DNA of 63,921 nt, counting the filler, from an uncultured virus (IMG/VR IMGVR_UViG_2049941000_000289) (Duplodnaviria > Heunggongvirae > Uroviricota > Caudoviricetes). It is 14 parts of one record of this genome, joined end to end, with 100 filler letters (N's around TTAATTAATTAA, not from the genome) between each part and the next. Parts side by side here need not be neighbours in the genome. Positions count along the whole stretch, not along the records: positions 2,374 to 14,256 come from IMGVR_UViG_2049941000_000289; positions 14,357 to 31,268 come from IMGVR_UViG_2049941000_000289; 12 more parts are not named here. The stretch is one strand, 5' to 3'. This document shows, piece by piece, positions 9,698-23,003 of the stretch. Under the pieces are notes generated by a model, which saw only the letters and a list, made by a program, of their open reading frames with translations, did no database searches and was not told the origin of the DNA. Positions within the stretch are counted from its first letter, which is position 1. The number at the start of each line of letters is the position of its first letter. The translations under genes were made by a program, and so were the position numbers.

Positions 9698-10874
9698 ATG
9701 AGGGCGATAGGCCAATTCACAATAACAAACATCTGTGATGTGGTGGCTTCCGAAACGGCTCCGGAGAATCCTTATGTCGGACAGCTGTGGGTGGACACCT
9801 CGGTATCGCCTCCGGAAACAAAGATATGGAACGGTGCGGAATGGGTCGTGCAAAACGACATTGAAACCCTCCGCACCACTATTTCCATTCTCACCACAAA
9901 GAGCGCAGAGCTTCAAAGCACCATCGACGGTCTCAACAGCTATGTCGGAACCATGACAGAGACGCTTGAGACCGTTACTGATAACCTTGGAAACGAGCAT
10001 CAGACCGTTCTGGAGATGCAAGCGCAGATNNNNNNNNNNAGTTATCACGAATACCGAATTTGCCGGTTACTACAACGACGAAGTCATTTTCACCCTGAAC
10101 AAGGATGAAACCCAGACAAAGAAAACCACGGTGGACGGCGAGCTTACTGTAGGCAAAACAAAGTTCGTACCGATGGCGACGGCCTCTGACGGCTTGAACA
10201 TCGTAATTCTTGACTAAGAAAGGAGGCAACCGATATGGCACTTAGTGGCAGCTTTCAAAACCTGCCTGTAAACAACTTCGGCCTGTATTGCACATGNNNN
10301 NNNNNNGCTGGGCTCCTCGTCCACGCTCAAGCAGACAGTTACCGGACTCGTCACCGGGCAGTCCTACGCATTCTCACTTCGGGCAAAGAAAACGAAGGCA
10401 AGCTACTCCAGCTATATCCGGGTGGAATATAACGGCAACAAGTACGCTTACTTCTTCAATCAGACAACCACATTCGGTTGGCAGGATTTCAGCCTCGTGA
10501 TCGACGACATCACCGACAGCACAATCGTTCTTTATATTTATAACCGGTATGCTTCACTGTATGTCTCCGACATCATGATGGTGGAAGGACCTACGGTTCA
10601 CAACTGGACCCCGGCACCAAATGAGATCTACACCAATGAGGTCAAAATTGATAAGCACGGCATCGCTGTTTCCAATGCGGCATCGTCCCAGCGGACGGTT
10701 ATCACGAATACCGAATTTGCCGGTTACTACAACGATGAGGTCATTTTCACCCTGAACAAGGATGAAACCCAGACAAAGAAAACCACAGTGGACGGCGAGC
10801 TCACTGTGGGAAAAACAAAATTCGTACCGATGACGACGGCCTCTGACGGCTTGAACATCGTAATTCTTGACTAA
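9698..10874 (+). CDS. Tail protein with coiled coil and carbohydrate-binding-like domain (several allelic fragments, also 8964-9251)
   Basis: APENPYVGQLWVDTS; NWTPAPNEIY; ends SDGLNIVILD twice. Confidence 0.7.
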
Positions 10875-10891
10875 GGAAGGAGGCAACCGAT

Positions 10892-12650
10892 ATGGCACTT
10901 AGCGGCAGCTTTCAAAACCTGCCTGTAAACAACTTCGGCCTGTATTGCACATGGTCGGCTACGCAGAGCGTCACCGGGAACTACTCGGACGTGACGCTGA
11001 ATGTTTACCTGAAATACTATACCTTGGAGGTTGGCTCCCGTGCCGACTCGACAATTTCCATCAACGGCGTCTCAGAGACCTACACAGCCCCTGCAATAAG
11101 CGATTACTCCTCCGGGCAGCATACCAAGCTCCTGAAGACCAAAACGGTGCGGGTAAATCACAATGCGGACGGCACCAAAAGCGGTGTCGCCCTTTCTGCA
11201 TATTGGAGGTTTTCCGGTACCTACAGCGGAACACCCATCAGCTCGATCACTGCCAGTACGACTATTACGCTGGATACCATTGACCGGACCGCTCCGACGG
11301 TATCACTTTCGACTTCCAGCATCACGGCAAGTGGCGTCACGATTTCCGCAACGTCCTCCGCAACATCGGACATCTGGCAGTACAGCATAGATAACGGCTC
11401 CACATGGACGCAGTTTTCCACAACAGCCGGAACGTCGGCCAGTAAAGCCATCACCGGACTTTCTCCGAATACGACCTACTACATCAAAGTTCGAGCAAGA
11501 AAAAAGAGCAATCAAGTCTATGGCACCTCCTCTGCGGCAACAGTAAAGACGCTGGGCGGTGCCATCGTTAATAGCGTCAATCAGGTAACTGCGGATGCAG
11601 CAACGGTCAGTATCAAGCTGAATGTCACAGTCTATGAGGCTTCCTATTCATATACGCTGGAACTAAAAAACGGAAGCACAAGCATTCTTTCCGTTGGAGG
11701 ACTGACATGGTCTAAAGGCACGGCAGATAGAACGGTCACGCTGACTGCAGCAAACCGCACGACACTTCTGACGGCGATGGCGTCATTGAAGTCCTTCACC
11801 GGGACTTTTGCGGTGACTACTTATAACGGAAGCACACAGATCGGTTCCGTATCCTCAAAGACTGCTACGGTCACCACCACAGCGGCAACCTCCGGCCCGA
11901 CGCTTTCCGGCTTCACCTGTGCCGACAGCTATGCCACGACTACAGCGATTACAGGAAACGATCAGCTGTTTATTCAGGGCCACTCCAAGCTGACAGTCAC
12001 TCCCGGCACAGCGACCCCGAAGAATCAAGCGACAATTGCCAACTATACCGCCACTTGTAATGGTGTTTCGGTCTCCAATACGACCGGTGATGCCTTAACA
12101 GTAGGTGCAGTTTCCAAGAGTGGAACGGTCGCTGTGGTTCTGACAATCACGGATAGCCGAGGCTATACGGCAAGCGTGACGCAGAACATCACCGTGCTGG
12201 CCTACGCCAAGCCCAAGGTGAACGCCCTGACGCTCCGGCGCACCAATGACATCGAAGCTGAAATGCAGCTGGTCTTCAATGGCTCCATTTCAGCGATCAC
12301 CGTGGACAGCGTCCAGAAGAACTCGCTGCTGTATGTGCGATACCGATATAAAGCGACCAGTGCCACATCGTACAGTTCGTATGTGAGTATCCTCTCAGCG
12401 GTCACCCAGAGCGGGACCTCGTTCTCGTATTCCAATTTGGAGCTACGAAGTCTTGCAGCGGATCAGTCGTGGGATGTGCATATCCAAATCAGGGACCAAC
12501 TCAACAGCCTCTCGTCTCTTGACCTTTACTATGTTATCCCGCAGGGTACCCCTCTGGTGGCACTTCGCAAACAAAAAGTCGGTATCAATACGCCTACCCC
12601 GGAAGCAGCTCTCGATGTTGTGGGTGATGCAAAGGTATCAGGAACACTCA
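10892..12650 (+). CDS. Large Ser/Thr-rich tail fibre/host-specificity protein with FN3 domain, allele 1 (3' end missing)
   Basis: Ig/FN3-like repeats, GLSPNTTYYIKVRA, KVGINTPTPEAALDVVG. Confidence 0.8.
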
Positions 12651-12660
12651 NNNNNNNNNN

Positions 12661-14256
12661 ATTTGTGGCCGTGCCGTTGCAGATAACATCTGTACCGTTG
12701 CCATAGATCAGCCACTTGCCCAGCTTGTTGGAGTAGACGCCGTGGTTCACACCACCGGTCCCGACACCGACAAACATCTGTACTTCGGTATCAGTTCGTT
12801 TCATGGAAACGCCGCAGTCTTTACTTGCCGTACCGTGCTGCATAACGATCCCAATATCGCCATAGGTACTTGTGACTTTTCCTGTCAATGTCCCTCCTGC
12901 CAGAGGGAGTACGGCGAGATTGGTTCTTGCAGCTGCCGCCGTGGTTGCTCCAGTGCCACCTTTGGAGATCGGTACAGCAGATGAGAGCTTGGAAGGTGCC
13001 AGTGCTCCAGAAAGTGTCGTCGCTGTAAGCGTCCCGGATACCTTGGCGTCACCCACCACATCAAGAGCAGCTTCCGGGGTAGGCGTATTGATACCGACCT
13101 TTTGCTTTCGTAGGGCTACCAGCGGAGTACCTTGTGGAATAACGTAATACAGGTCCAAAGATGAGAGGCTGTTGAGCTGGTCCCGGATCTGAATATGAAC
13201 ATCCCATGATTGATCCGAAGCAAGGCTCCGAAGCTCCAGATTGGAATATGAGAACGAGGTCCCGCTCTGGGTAACCGCCGAGAGGATGCTCACATATGAG
13301 CTGTACGATGTTGCGCTTGTTGCCTTGTATCGATATCGCACATACAGCAGTGAGTTCTTCTGAACGCTGTCCACAGTGATAGCCGAGATTGAACCATTGA
13401 AAACCAGCTGCATTTCAGCCTCGATGTCATTGGTGCGTCGAAGTGTCAGAGAGTTCACCTTGGGCTTTGCATAAGCCAGCACCGTGATGTTCTGTGTAAC
13501 GCTTGCCGTATATCCTCGGCTATCCGTAATTGTCAGCACCACCGCCACGGTCCCACTTTTTGACACGGGTCCAACAGTGAGAGCTGCTCCAGTTGTGTTG
13601 GAAACCGAAACGCCATTACAAGTGGCGGTGTAGTTTGTAATCGTAGCTTGATTCTTTGGCGTCGCCGTGCCGGGAGTGACTGTCAGCTTGGAATGGCCCT
13701 GAATGAACAGTTGGTCGTTGCCCGTAATAGCTGTTGTAGTTGCATAACTGTCCGCAAAGGTAAATCCGGAAAGCGTCGGACCGGAGTTTGCCGCTGTGGT
13801 GGTGACCGTAGCAGTCTTTGATGATACGGAACCGATCTGTGTGCTTCCGTTATAGGTCGTCACAGCAAAAGTGCCTGTAAAAGACTTCATATTGGCCATT
13901 GCAGTCAACAGTTCTGTTCTCTCTGAAGATGTGAGTACAACAGTCCTATCCGCTGTTCCCTTTGACCATGTTAAGCCGTCAACGGAAACTATGGTCGTCG
14001 ACCCGCTTTTCAGAGCAAGGGTATATGCGTAAGAGGCGTCATAAACTGTGACATTCAGCTTGATACTGACCGTTGCCGCATCTGCCGTCACCTGATTTAC
14101 GCTATTAACGATGGCACCTCCCAGCGTCTTTACCGTTGCCGCAGAAGAGATACCATAGACCTGATTGCTCTTTTTCCTTGCCTTGACCTTGATGTAATAG
14201 GTCGTGTTCGGAGAAAGTCCGGTGATGGCTTTACTGGCCGACGTTCCGGCTGTCGT
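12661..14256 (-). CDS. Same tail fibre protein, allele 2 (partial)
   Basis: High amino-acid identity to 10892-12650; extends into the GGTGATTAAAARTNL fibre region. Confidence 0.8.
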
Positions 14257-14356
14257 NNNNNNNNNNNNNNNNNNNNNNNNNNNNNNNNNNNNNNNNNNNN
14301 TTAATTAATTAANNNNNNNNNNNNNNNNNNNNNNNNNNNNNNNNNNNNNNNNNNNN

Positions 14357-14675
14357 CCCTTGCCCGGAGAGCGTCCTCTGTAATGGTGTCTCCGAACTCG
14401 AAGTACTCCGTGAAGTCCTTGATCAGCGTCTTTCGCCGCACAAGCTCGGAGCCCGTGATTTGAAGCAGAACTTCCGGCAGCGTGACCACAGTTTCGGTTC
14501 CGTCCTCGGCTGTCTGGACGGCATACGGAAGCATATCCGTGTAAACATCAGTGTTGTCGCTGTCGTGTTCCAGCTGCGTGAGGTTCTTTCCGTACTCAAT
14601 CACCACGCCGGTATTATGACCACGGCCCTGATGATGGATAACTCTCCAGTTGTCCCACTCATATTCACCGCCCCA
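14357..14675 (-). CDS. Tail spike/endopeptidase (Tal-like), middle fragment
   Basis: WGGEYEWDNW...GVVIEYGKNLT. Confidence 0.8.
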
Positions 14676-14685
14676 NNNNNNNNNN

Positions 14686-15444
14686 AGCGGAGTCGGTATC
14701 CTTGACGCAGCAGCGAATGACCGCATAGCTCTCAACAGCAGCCGCATAAATGGTCAGAGTGTTTGTAGTACAGCCGGAGTACATATTTGTCGTGTTCGCC
14801 AGCTTGCGCCAGCCGGTGCCGAAGTCAGCATCGTAACCTGCGGAAGATGACGAGGTGACCGAAGCGTCCATCATGGCCCACTTGTATGTGACATTGGTGG
14901 TGTCGACCGTGGAACCACGCCAGAGCTCTGCCTTCGCCGTCAAGGTGGCTACCTCCGCATTCTTGAACACATTACCCTTCGGAGTGGTAACAAGCAGATC
15001 TACAATGCCGCTGCCGTTGACCACACGAGAGAAGGAAATGGAAAGTGGATGCACGAGATCCAGACCGGTGCTGGGGTCTCTGTAGGTAATCTCGCACTTG
15101 AAATCCACTCCGGGAAGTCCAGCCATGATATTGGCCTTGACCGTCAGGATGTGGTTCTTCGTGCCACTCAAGGCGTAGTTGCCGCCTGTAGTGATGGGCG
15201 TGGTAGAAGTGCCTTGATACCAGTTGACAGATTGCACGTTATCCGAGGTAATCTGGTCCGTGGTCGTCCCTATGATATAAAGGCTGGGCGTCAGCACCAG
15301 ATTGGTCGAAGCCCAGCTTGGCGTATAGCTTGCGTTGTCCGGATTATACATCTGGGTCTTCGGGTGATTGGAGCCAATGTACCCGGTCAGGGTCAGGGCG
15401 TCATTATAGTCAATAATCGTAAATTGGCCTTGTGCTCTACTCAT
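14686..15444 (-). CDS. Tail/baseplate protein, N-terminal part
   Basis: MSRAQGQFTIIDYNDAL; RBS AGGAGG; follows the Tal-like gene. Confidence 0.75.
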
Positions 15445-15461
15445 GAGAGAAACCTCCTTAA

Positions 15462-16487
15462 TCAGCCGAGTAAGCTGTTTCTTGTTGTGGTGTCAATGAG
15501 ATCGCAGAAGAAGGTCGCACGAACATTGACATCGTCTCTTGTGATATTGATAGATTTGGTCCCACCGAAATGGGCGTCGTTCCACGCCTGATCCGCTACC
15601 GGATCGTCCGATACCCTCGTCCAGATGAACTGGTTAGGATCAAGGGTGTCTGTCACATTCGTGTCCCANNNNNNNNNNGCCGAAATGGGCGTCGTTCCAC
15701 GCCTGATCCGCTACGGGATCATCCGATACCCTTGTCCAGATGAACTGGTTAGGATCAAGGGTGTCTGTCACATTCGTGTCCCACGAAAAGACAACAGCGG
15801 AGAGCGTGGTCTGGATATTGTTGTTCTTGAAGATGTTCCCGTTTGAAGACGTAATCACCAGCCGGTACATCTTCTGTTCCTCAATTTCGGTGATCCGCTC
15901 GTTTGTCTCGATGACGGATTCCGTAGTGGCATAGGCCCTAAGCACGACCTCGCCGGTTTCCAGATCCCAATAGGAGGACCCGTCTTGCGAGGAAAGAACT
16001 CCGGCTTTGATGATATTGGCGGCCAGTGAACCGGCAGTAATGAAATCAGCGACAATCTGCCCGTCGGAGGTGATTGCCGTTTCAAAGGGGCCGTTGTAGC
16101 CGTTATGGGAAAAACCGAGGCCGCCCACATTCCATCGCCAGATGTTCACGGCAGAAGCGATGTCCGGAGCGTCCATAACCAGAAGCTCATAGGGTTGACC
16201 GTTTTCGGAGTCCGTGTGGATCACCACATAGCCGCCAGTCTGCCCGGTTATAAGACTCGTCGCTCCCTGAATGGCAGCGGTCATCAGAGCTGGGAATCTG
16301 TCTACTTTTGCGGAGACCGCTTGTGCAGCGGCTTCGGCAGCGGAAACCGAATTGATCAGGTTGGCCTTAGCGTTTCCGAGGGTGATGGATACGTACTTTT
16401 CGGAGAGCGTATCGTAAACGGTCTTGATCACCTTTGCTTTGGAGGTGATGCCAAGAGCCGAGTGCCGAATCGTCACCGTATCACACA
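15462..16487 (-). CDS. Tail spike/endopeptidase, C-terminal fragments
   Basis: CDTVTIRH...GGYVVIH...WRWNVGGLGFSHNGYNGPFETAIT...IVADFITAG. Confidence 0.8.
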
Positions 16488-16497
16488 NNNNNNNNNN

Positions 16498-16889
16498 TAA
16501 GCCGTTGAATTGCTTGTAGATTTCCCACTGGTCCAGCAGGTGTCCCAGCGGCATGAGCCACACTTCCTCCTCGGTTCGATTCAGAAGCGTGACTCCGTAG
16601 AACAGCAAACGGGCGAATACCTCTCCGTCAGAAGGAGAAGCATCCGACCCGTTTACGCGTTTTTTTCGGGTTCGCTTTCGACCTCGCGCTTGGTGCCTTT
16701 CATAAGGCAGTCCATGATCGCTTCCTTGAAACCGGCGATCTCGTAAGGCGTGGTGAGAAGTTCCACCGTTTCCGGCTCCAGAAGTTCTTTCTTGTCGTCC
16801 GGATTTTTCAGGTTGTGAATCAAAATCGGCTGGTTCGCAAGCAGCGCAATGAGCCAGATCAGCTCGTCAATGGCCGTCTCGAAGTTTTC
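16498..16889 (-). CDS. Divergent tail assembly chaperone with -1 frameshift extension (fragment)
   Basis: ENFETAIDELIWLIALLANQ...EPEKNA*; A AAA AAC at 16659-16665. Confidence 0.75.
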
Positions 16890-17074
16890 NNNNNNNNNNC
16901 GTTTCAAGCAGCGTCGGCAACAGGCCAAGAACAGCCTCAATCAGCGAATTCAGGACCGTCGGAAGTGCAGCCACAATGTTTTCAATGACCGGAGTGATGT
17001 TTTCTATAACGGACTGGAAAGCATCAACAACGTTCTCACAGAGCATCTGCATATCCGCATCAGCNNNNNNNNNN

Positions 17075-17365
17075 CGAGAGGTCATACGACAGGTGCTGTG
17101 CATAGACCGTCACGACGCCATTCAGTGGAGTGGTAATCCTGTAAATGCGAAAAGCCTGATCGTTGGCAGTGTCGTTGGGCTTTGCCTTGATCAGTCGTTC
17201 GTTTGCCAGAAGATTGTAGTTCTGGCCGGTTGTCGGATACTTCATCACCAGCTCAAAGGCACCGTTTCGCTCCTCGGTCACCTCACAGGAAATAGCGTCA
17301 GAAAGTGCACCGAGGCCAAAGGTCGTGAACTCTGTTACGTTTGCTCTGTATAGTACCGGAATCAT
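17075..17365 (-). CDS. Tail spike/endopeptidase N-terminus
   Basis: MIPVLY...CEVTEERNGAFELVMKYP...QAFRIYRI. Confidence 0.85.
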
Positions 17366-18634
17366 AGCGTCACCCACCTTGGAATCACGGATACAGATGT
17401 GATATCTCCCGCAAAGATGATGCTATTTGTACCGGGATCAAGAACGGGAAAACCACTGCCTTCCACGCAGTCGTTCTTCGGTTCGCTTCCCTTGTAGAAG
17501 TTCATCTGCTCACTATCAAATTCGATGTATCCGTCGATATTCGTGAGATCCCAATGCGGATGCTGGCTTGTACTGTTAATGGAGATTCTGCCTTCACCGT
17601 TCCCATTGACCCGGATGTACGGTTTTGACTGAAAGACCGTAGGATTGGTGATCGTGTACGGGGACGAAGTAATCGTGATAGCTTCTTGGCCTTCGTCCAG
17701 ATACCGAAAAGGCATACAGGAAAAACTGACCGTAAAGACACCGATCTTGTTCAGCTGGTCCTCAATATCGAGTTGGGTGTTAATGACCGCCTTCCGAAAG
17801 CCCGTGGTGTCGTAGCTGTCCCTAAGCTCGTGATAGCGGTCCGGCTCATAGAAAAGCCACGCCTTCACTGCAGCGATCTTCTCGGCCAGTTGTTCCTTTG
17901 TCTTTGCCGGAAGGAACACNNNNNNNNNNTACTGCAGCAATCTTCTCGGCCAGTTGTTCCTTTGTCTTTGCCGGAAGGAACACCGAGTANNNNNNNNNNC
18001 GCAGCGATCTTCTCGGCCAGTTGTTCCTTTGTCTTTGCCGGAAGGAACACCGAGTAAGTAATCTGGACATTCGGGAACCGACCATTCGGAAGGATCAGGT
18101 CACCATCCCGTCCGGGGATAGATTGGAACTTCGATTCATATTTTGGAGCGGAAAACACATTCTTGCTTTCAATACGAAGGCCCATATCCAGAGAGCTGAT
18201 GCCGTTGTATTCAAAATAATTCATGCGAAAACCACTCCTTTCCGTTTAGCGAACTGACCGGCGGTGACCATGATCTCATTGGTCAGCTGCTCGATGTCTT
18301 CGCTTGAATAGTTGTTAAAGGTTGCTATATTCAGCTGCAGGGAGAAACCGGAGGTCCGACCCACGCCATCAGCAGCAGAGGCAATCGCACCGCCCANNNN
18401 NNNNNNCACAGCAGCGATCTTCTCGGCCAGTTGTTCCTTTGTCCTTGCTGGAAGGAACACTGAGTAAGTAATCTGGACGTTCGGGAACCGGCCATTCGGA
18501 AGGATCAGGTCACCATCTCGTCCGGGGATAGACTGGAACTTCGATTCATATTTCGGAGCGGAAAACACATTCTTGCTTTCGATACGAAGGCCCATATCCA
18601 AAGAGCTGATGCCGTTGTATTCAAAATAATTCAT
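17362..18634 (-). CDS. Distal tail protein (Dit), multiple allelic fragments
   Basis: MNYFEYNGISSLDMGL...SIPGRDGDL (starts at 18224 and 18634); ends VIPRWVTL. Confidence 0.8.
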
Positions 18635-20662
18635 GCGAAAACCACTCCTTTCCGTTTAGCAAACTGACCGGCGGTGACCATGATCTCATTGGTCAGCTGC
18701 TCGATGTCGTCACTTGAATAATTGTTAAAAGTTGCAATGTTGAGCTGCAGGGAGAAACCGGAGGTCCGGCCTACGCCGTCAGCAGCAGAGGCAATCGCAC
18801 CACCCACGCTTCCATCAATGTCGAAATTTGTCGGAAGTGCGGTGCTCATGTCTTTGGCAAGGTCCTGCATGACATCATCGATGTCCTCGCTCATGGCTTC
18901 TGCGGCCTTAACTGCCTCGTCACCGTTATCCTCAATGGAACCGGACAGGCCCTTGACCAGCATCTGGCCGACCCACGCCATTTCCTTAGACGGCGAGTGG
19001 ATTCCGAAGAAGTCCAGAATGCCGTTCCAGATGGAGGAAATCCAGCCGGACACCTTGTCCCAGAGCCAAGAGGCCAGCTGCTGGATACCTTGCCAGAGGC
19101 CTTTGACGATATTGCCGCCGATCTCGACGATCTTGCCCATCAGGGAGCCGAAGGCAGAAACAATACCAGAAACGATCTGCGGCACAGCCTTACAGATTTC
19201 CACGATGATGGTAGGCAGGTTCTGAATCAAGGCCACAAACAGCTGAACACCGGCCATGATGATCTTGTCGATGTTCCCGATGAGGGCGTTCACAATCCCG
19301 GAGATGATCTGCGGGATCGCCTGAACGATGGTCGTTATAATCTGCGGCAGAGCCTGAATCAGTGAAATCAGGAGCTGAATACCGGCCTGAATGATTTGTG
19401 GGATAGCGTTCAGGACAGCATTGATGATGTTGTCTATGATTTTCGGGATGGCTGCCACAATTGCTGTAATAATCTCCGGAAGGGCCTCCACCAGCGAAGT
19501 AAGCAACTGGATACCGGTATCGATAATCTGCGGAATGGCGTCCAAGAAGAAAGTCACAATGCTGTCAATGACTTCTGGGAGAGCCTCAATCAGGACAGGA
19601 ATTGCATCCAAAATACCCTGAGCAAGACCCTCGATGAGAGCCAAAGCCGCCTCAAGCAGCATGGGCAGGTTGTCTATGAGGCCCTGTACAATGGTGACAA
19701 TTGCTTCAACAGCAGCCGGAATCAATACCGGCAAAGCCTCGCTGATACCCTGAACCAGAGAAGTAATGATCTGCATCGCTGCCTCTATTAAAAGGGGCAG
19801 GTTCTCAATGATCGTGTTTACGATTGTCATCACGGCTTCAAAAACAACAGGGATCAGCTGTGGAAGCAACGTAATGATGGTGTTAAGGACCTGAGCGAAC
19901 AGGTTAGTTACNNNNNNNNNNATCCGTAATAGCCATATCCGCATACTTGACGGCTTTCTCAGTGTCGCCGCCAAGGGAAGCGATCAGGCTTGCAGAAAAG
20001 CTCGTGACCGTCTCCATGTATTCGTTTGCAGAAAGACCGGCAGTCTTATAGGCGTTTGCAGCATAAGTCTGCATTGCCTGAGATGAATCCTTGAAGAGAG
20101 TGTCAATACCGCCGACAAGCTGCTCATAATCTGCGTAGGCAGAGATTACCTCTTTGCCGAGCTTGACCGCAGCGGCACCGGCAGCAACAACGACAGCTCC
20201 CATTGCTACACCGACTGTTTTCAGCACTTTACCGAGGCCTTCAAACTTGCTCTTGGATTTTTCTGCCGCTTCACCGGAATCCTCGATTTCTTCGCCCATG
20301 TCGTCAGCACTGTCAGCTGTGGAATCGAGTTCCCGCTCCATATCGTTCAGTGCGGCTTCCGCATTGTTTAGCTGGATTTGCCAGTTCTGCGTCCGGCGGT
20401 CGTTCTCTCCGAAGGATTCAGCTGCGTTCTGCAGGGCCTGACGGAGAAGCTCGATTTTCTGCTTCTGGGCATCGATTTCCTTATTCAGGACCTCGTTTCG
20501 AGCGGAGAGAGCTTTGACAGAAGAATCGTTTTTATCGAATTGCGAAGTGACCAGCTTCATCTCCGAGCCGAGAACCTTGAAGGAGGAGTTGATGTCAGCA
20601 AGGGCCTTTTTAAATTCCTTCTCGCCCTCAAGACCGATCTTTAGACCGAAATTGTCTGCCAT
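18631..20662 (-). CDS. Tape measure protein lineage A (N- and C-terminal parts, middle missing)
   Basis: MADNFGLKIGLEGEKEFK; amphipathic LPQII repeats; FFGIHSPS. Confidence 0.9.
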
Positions 20663-20680
20663 ACGAACCGCCTCCTTTCC

Positions 20681-21252
20681 TTAGATTCCGTCCGGGATAA
20701 TGTCGTCGATGAAGTGTTCCCGTTTCGGTGTTGCCAGACCGTTATACTGTTTGTGGCACTCCCACAGATCGAGGAGCAAGCCAAACGGCATCGTCCAGAC
20801 TTCCTCCTGTGTCAGGTGAAGATGGGCGATGCCGTAATAAAGAAGTCGAGTAAATAACTCTTCGTCACTTACTCGACCACTGCGTTTTTTGGATCGTTCT
20901 CACTTTCGATGTTGCGCTTGGTGCCTTTGTACAGGGCCTCCGTGATTGCCGTCTTGTATTCAGCCAGATCAGAAGGCACCGTCAGAAGCTCCACTTCCTC
21001 TGCGGTGAGCAGGTCCTTGGGCTTATCTTTGTGTTTCAGGTTGTAGATGAGAATGCTCTGATTGGCCAGAAGCGAGATGAGCCAGACGATCTCGTCAATA
21101 GCCATCTCAAAGTTCTCGCTCTTCATGAGCTTATCTCCAAGGTTCTCCAGACCGCCATAGCGACCGGCGATTTCCTTAGTTGCTCTGGTGGTGAGGACCA
21201 GTTCATAGTCCACGCCGCCGATATTGATAACTGCGCTGCGTTCTGTATCCAT
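20681..21252 (-). CDS. Tail assembly chaperone G (20869-21252) and frameshifted GT (to 20681)
   Basis: Slippery A AAA AAC at 20884-20890; -1 frame open to DDIIPDGI*; lies between major tail and tape measure genes. Confidence 0.85.
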
Positions 21253-21264
21253 GCCAAGTCCTCC

Positions 21265-22355
21265 TTACATCGTTACATCGCCGCTGGGAAGATGAATCGG
21301 GGAAAGATTCAGCTCTCCGACAGGTTCATACACCTCATCGTACCAGCCGTCAATGACAGACTGATCGACGCCTTCAGTGCCTTCAGTGACTTCGGCTTTC
21401 CACGGGTGCTTGCCGAATGCGTCCAGTTTGTTCCGACGCATGATCGTGCCCTCGATGGTAGGCGTGGAGAAGGTGATGCTGTCGCCCTTGGTGGCGAGGT
21501 TGGTGGCCGGGATGCCGAACTTTACACGGTACAGCCAGTAATACCTGTATTTGCCGTTAGATTTCTTCGCACGGAAGCCCACGGCCACAGGATCGCCGCC
21601 GTCCTCGGAAGCAGAAATGACGACGCCGTTTGTATCGATGGTGGAGCCNNNNNNNNNNGGCCAGATCGGAAGGCACCGTCAGAAGCTCCACTTCTTCTGC
21701 TGTGAGCAGGTCCTTGGGCTTGTCTTTGTGTTTCAGGTTGTAAATGAGGATGCTCTGGTTGGCCAGAAGTGAGATGAGCCAGACGATCTCCTCGATAGCC
21801 ATTTCAAAGTTCTCGCTTTTCATGAGCTTGTCACCGAGATTCTCCAGACCACCGTAGCGACCGGCGATCTCCTTAGTTGCTCTGGTGGTGAGGACAAGTT
21901 CGTAGTCCACACCGCCGATCTTAATGACTGCGCTGCGTTCCGTATCCATAATTAGCCCTCCTTACGTCGTTGTATTTCCAGCGGGAAGATGAATCGGAGA
22001 AAGATTCAGATCTCCGGAGGGCTCGTACACCTCGTCATACCAACCGTCGATGACAGACTGATCGACACCATCGGTGCCTTCGGTGACCTCCGCTTTCCAC
22101 GGGTGCTTGCCAAAAGCGTCCAGCTTGTTCCGGCGCATGATTGTGCCCTCGATGGTAGGCGTGGAGAAGGTGATGCTGTCGCCCTTAGTGGCGAGATTGG
22201 TAGCCGGGATACCGAACTTTACACGGTACAGCCAGTAATATCTGTATTTTCCGTTGGATTTCTTCGCACGGAAGCCCACGGCTACAGGATCGCCGCCGTC
22301 CTCGGAAGCGGAAATGACGACGCCGTTTGCATCGATGGTGGAGCCTGTAAGGTCA
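21265..22355 (-). CDS. Major tail protein (phi13 family), two C-terminal alleles flanking a second chaperone allele (21659-21949)
   Basis: GFRAKKSNGKYRYYWLYRVKFGIPATNL. Confidence 0.88.
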
Positions 22356-22365
22356 NNNNNNNNNN

Positions 22366-22701
22366 CTCCATTTCATAATGTTTAGCCACATCCACGGTGT
22401 AGTGGTGATAGCCGGTTTCAGTTTCGTATCCGTTGTACAGCCTGCCGGTGATGGTGAAATCATCACGCAGCAGGAGCCGGATCAGCTTGTTCTTGGCAGT
22501 CGTATAACTGCCGGTTGTAAACAGAGACAGCCTCGCTTCCTGCACATCGACGCCGGGTGCGTTATCCGCATGAAGGTCGAAGGTATCGGCAAGAGGAATG
22601 ATGACGAGGTACTGTTCCGGGGCCTTGTCGGAGAAGATGCCGGTTTCCACGGGGATGTCCATCTCAGCAAGGGTTGTCTGTAAGTCTTCAAGCAGACTCA
22701 T
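22366..22701 (-). CDS. Tail completion/terminator protein
   Basis: PVETGIFSDKAP...GYETETGYHHYTVDVAK; conserved position. Confidence 0.75.
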
Positions 22702-23003
22702 TTGCTTTGCACCTCCTCCTCAAGTTTTCGCTTCATCGCCTCGATTGCGGCAGACTTGGACGCCGATTTCGCAGGTTTCAAGAACGGTTTTGCCGGTTGC
22801 CCGTGCCGTCCGTATTCGAGGATGTTGGCGATCTTGGCGTTGCTGTCACCGTCACGACGAGGCTCCGCAAAGCCGACCTTCACATTGTGATTGCCTTGCC
22901 GGTCGAGCTTTACTCCGGAAGTGCCNNNNNNNNNNCGAGAAGATGCCGGTTTCCACGGGGATGTCCATCTCGGCAAGGGTTGTCTGTAAATCCTCCAGCA
23001 GAC

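Noticed and set aside
10892..14256. Head-to-head inverted tail fibre copies as an invertible shufflon
   Set aside because: The junction is a 10-N gap and neighbouring fragments are demonstrably misordered (holin middle displaced to 8792-8953); no inversion sites seen
17866..18470. Four to five copies of a ~50-bp sequence resembling a CRISPR or tandem array
   Set aside because: They encode the same Dit peptide (SVFLPAKTKEQLAEKIAA) and are separated by gaps, so they are allelic contig ends
18631..19910. Periodic LPQII repeats
   Set aside because: Ordinary amphipathic repeats of tape measure proteins
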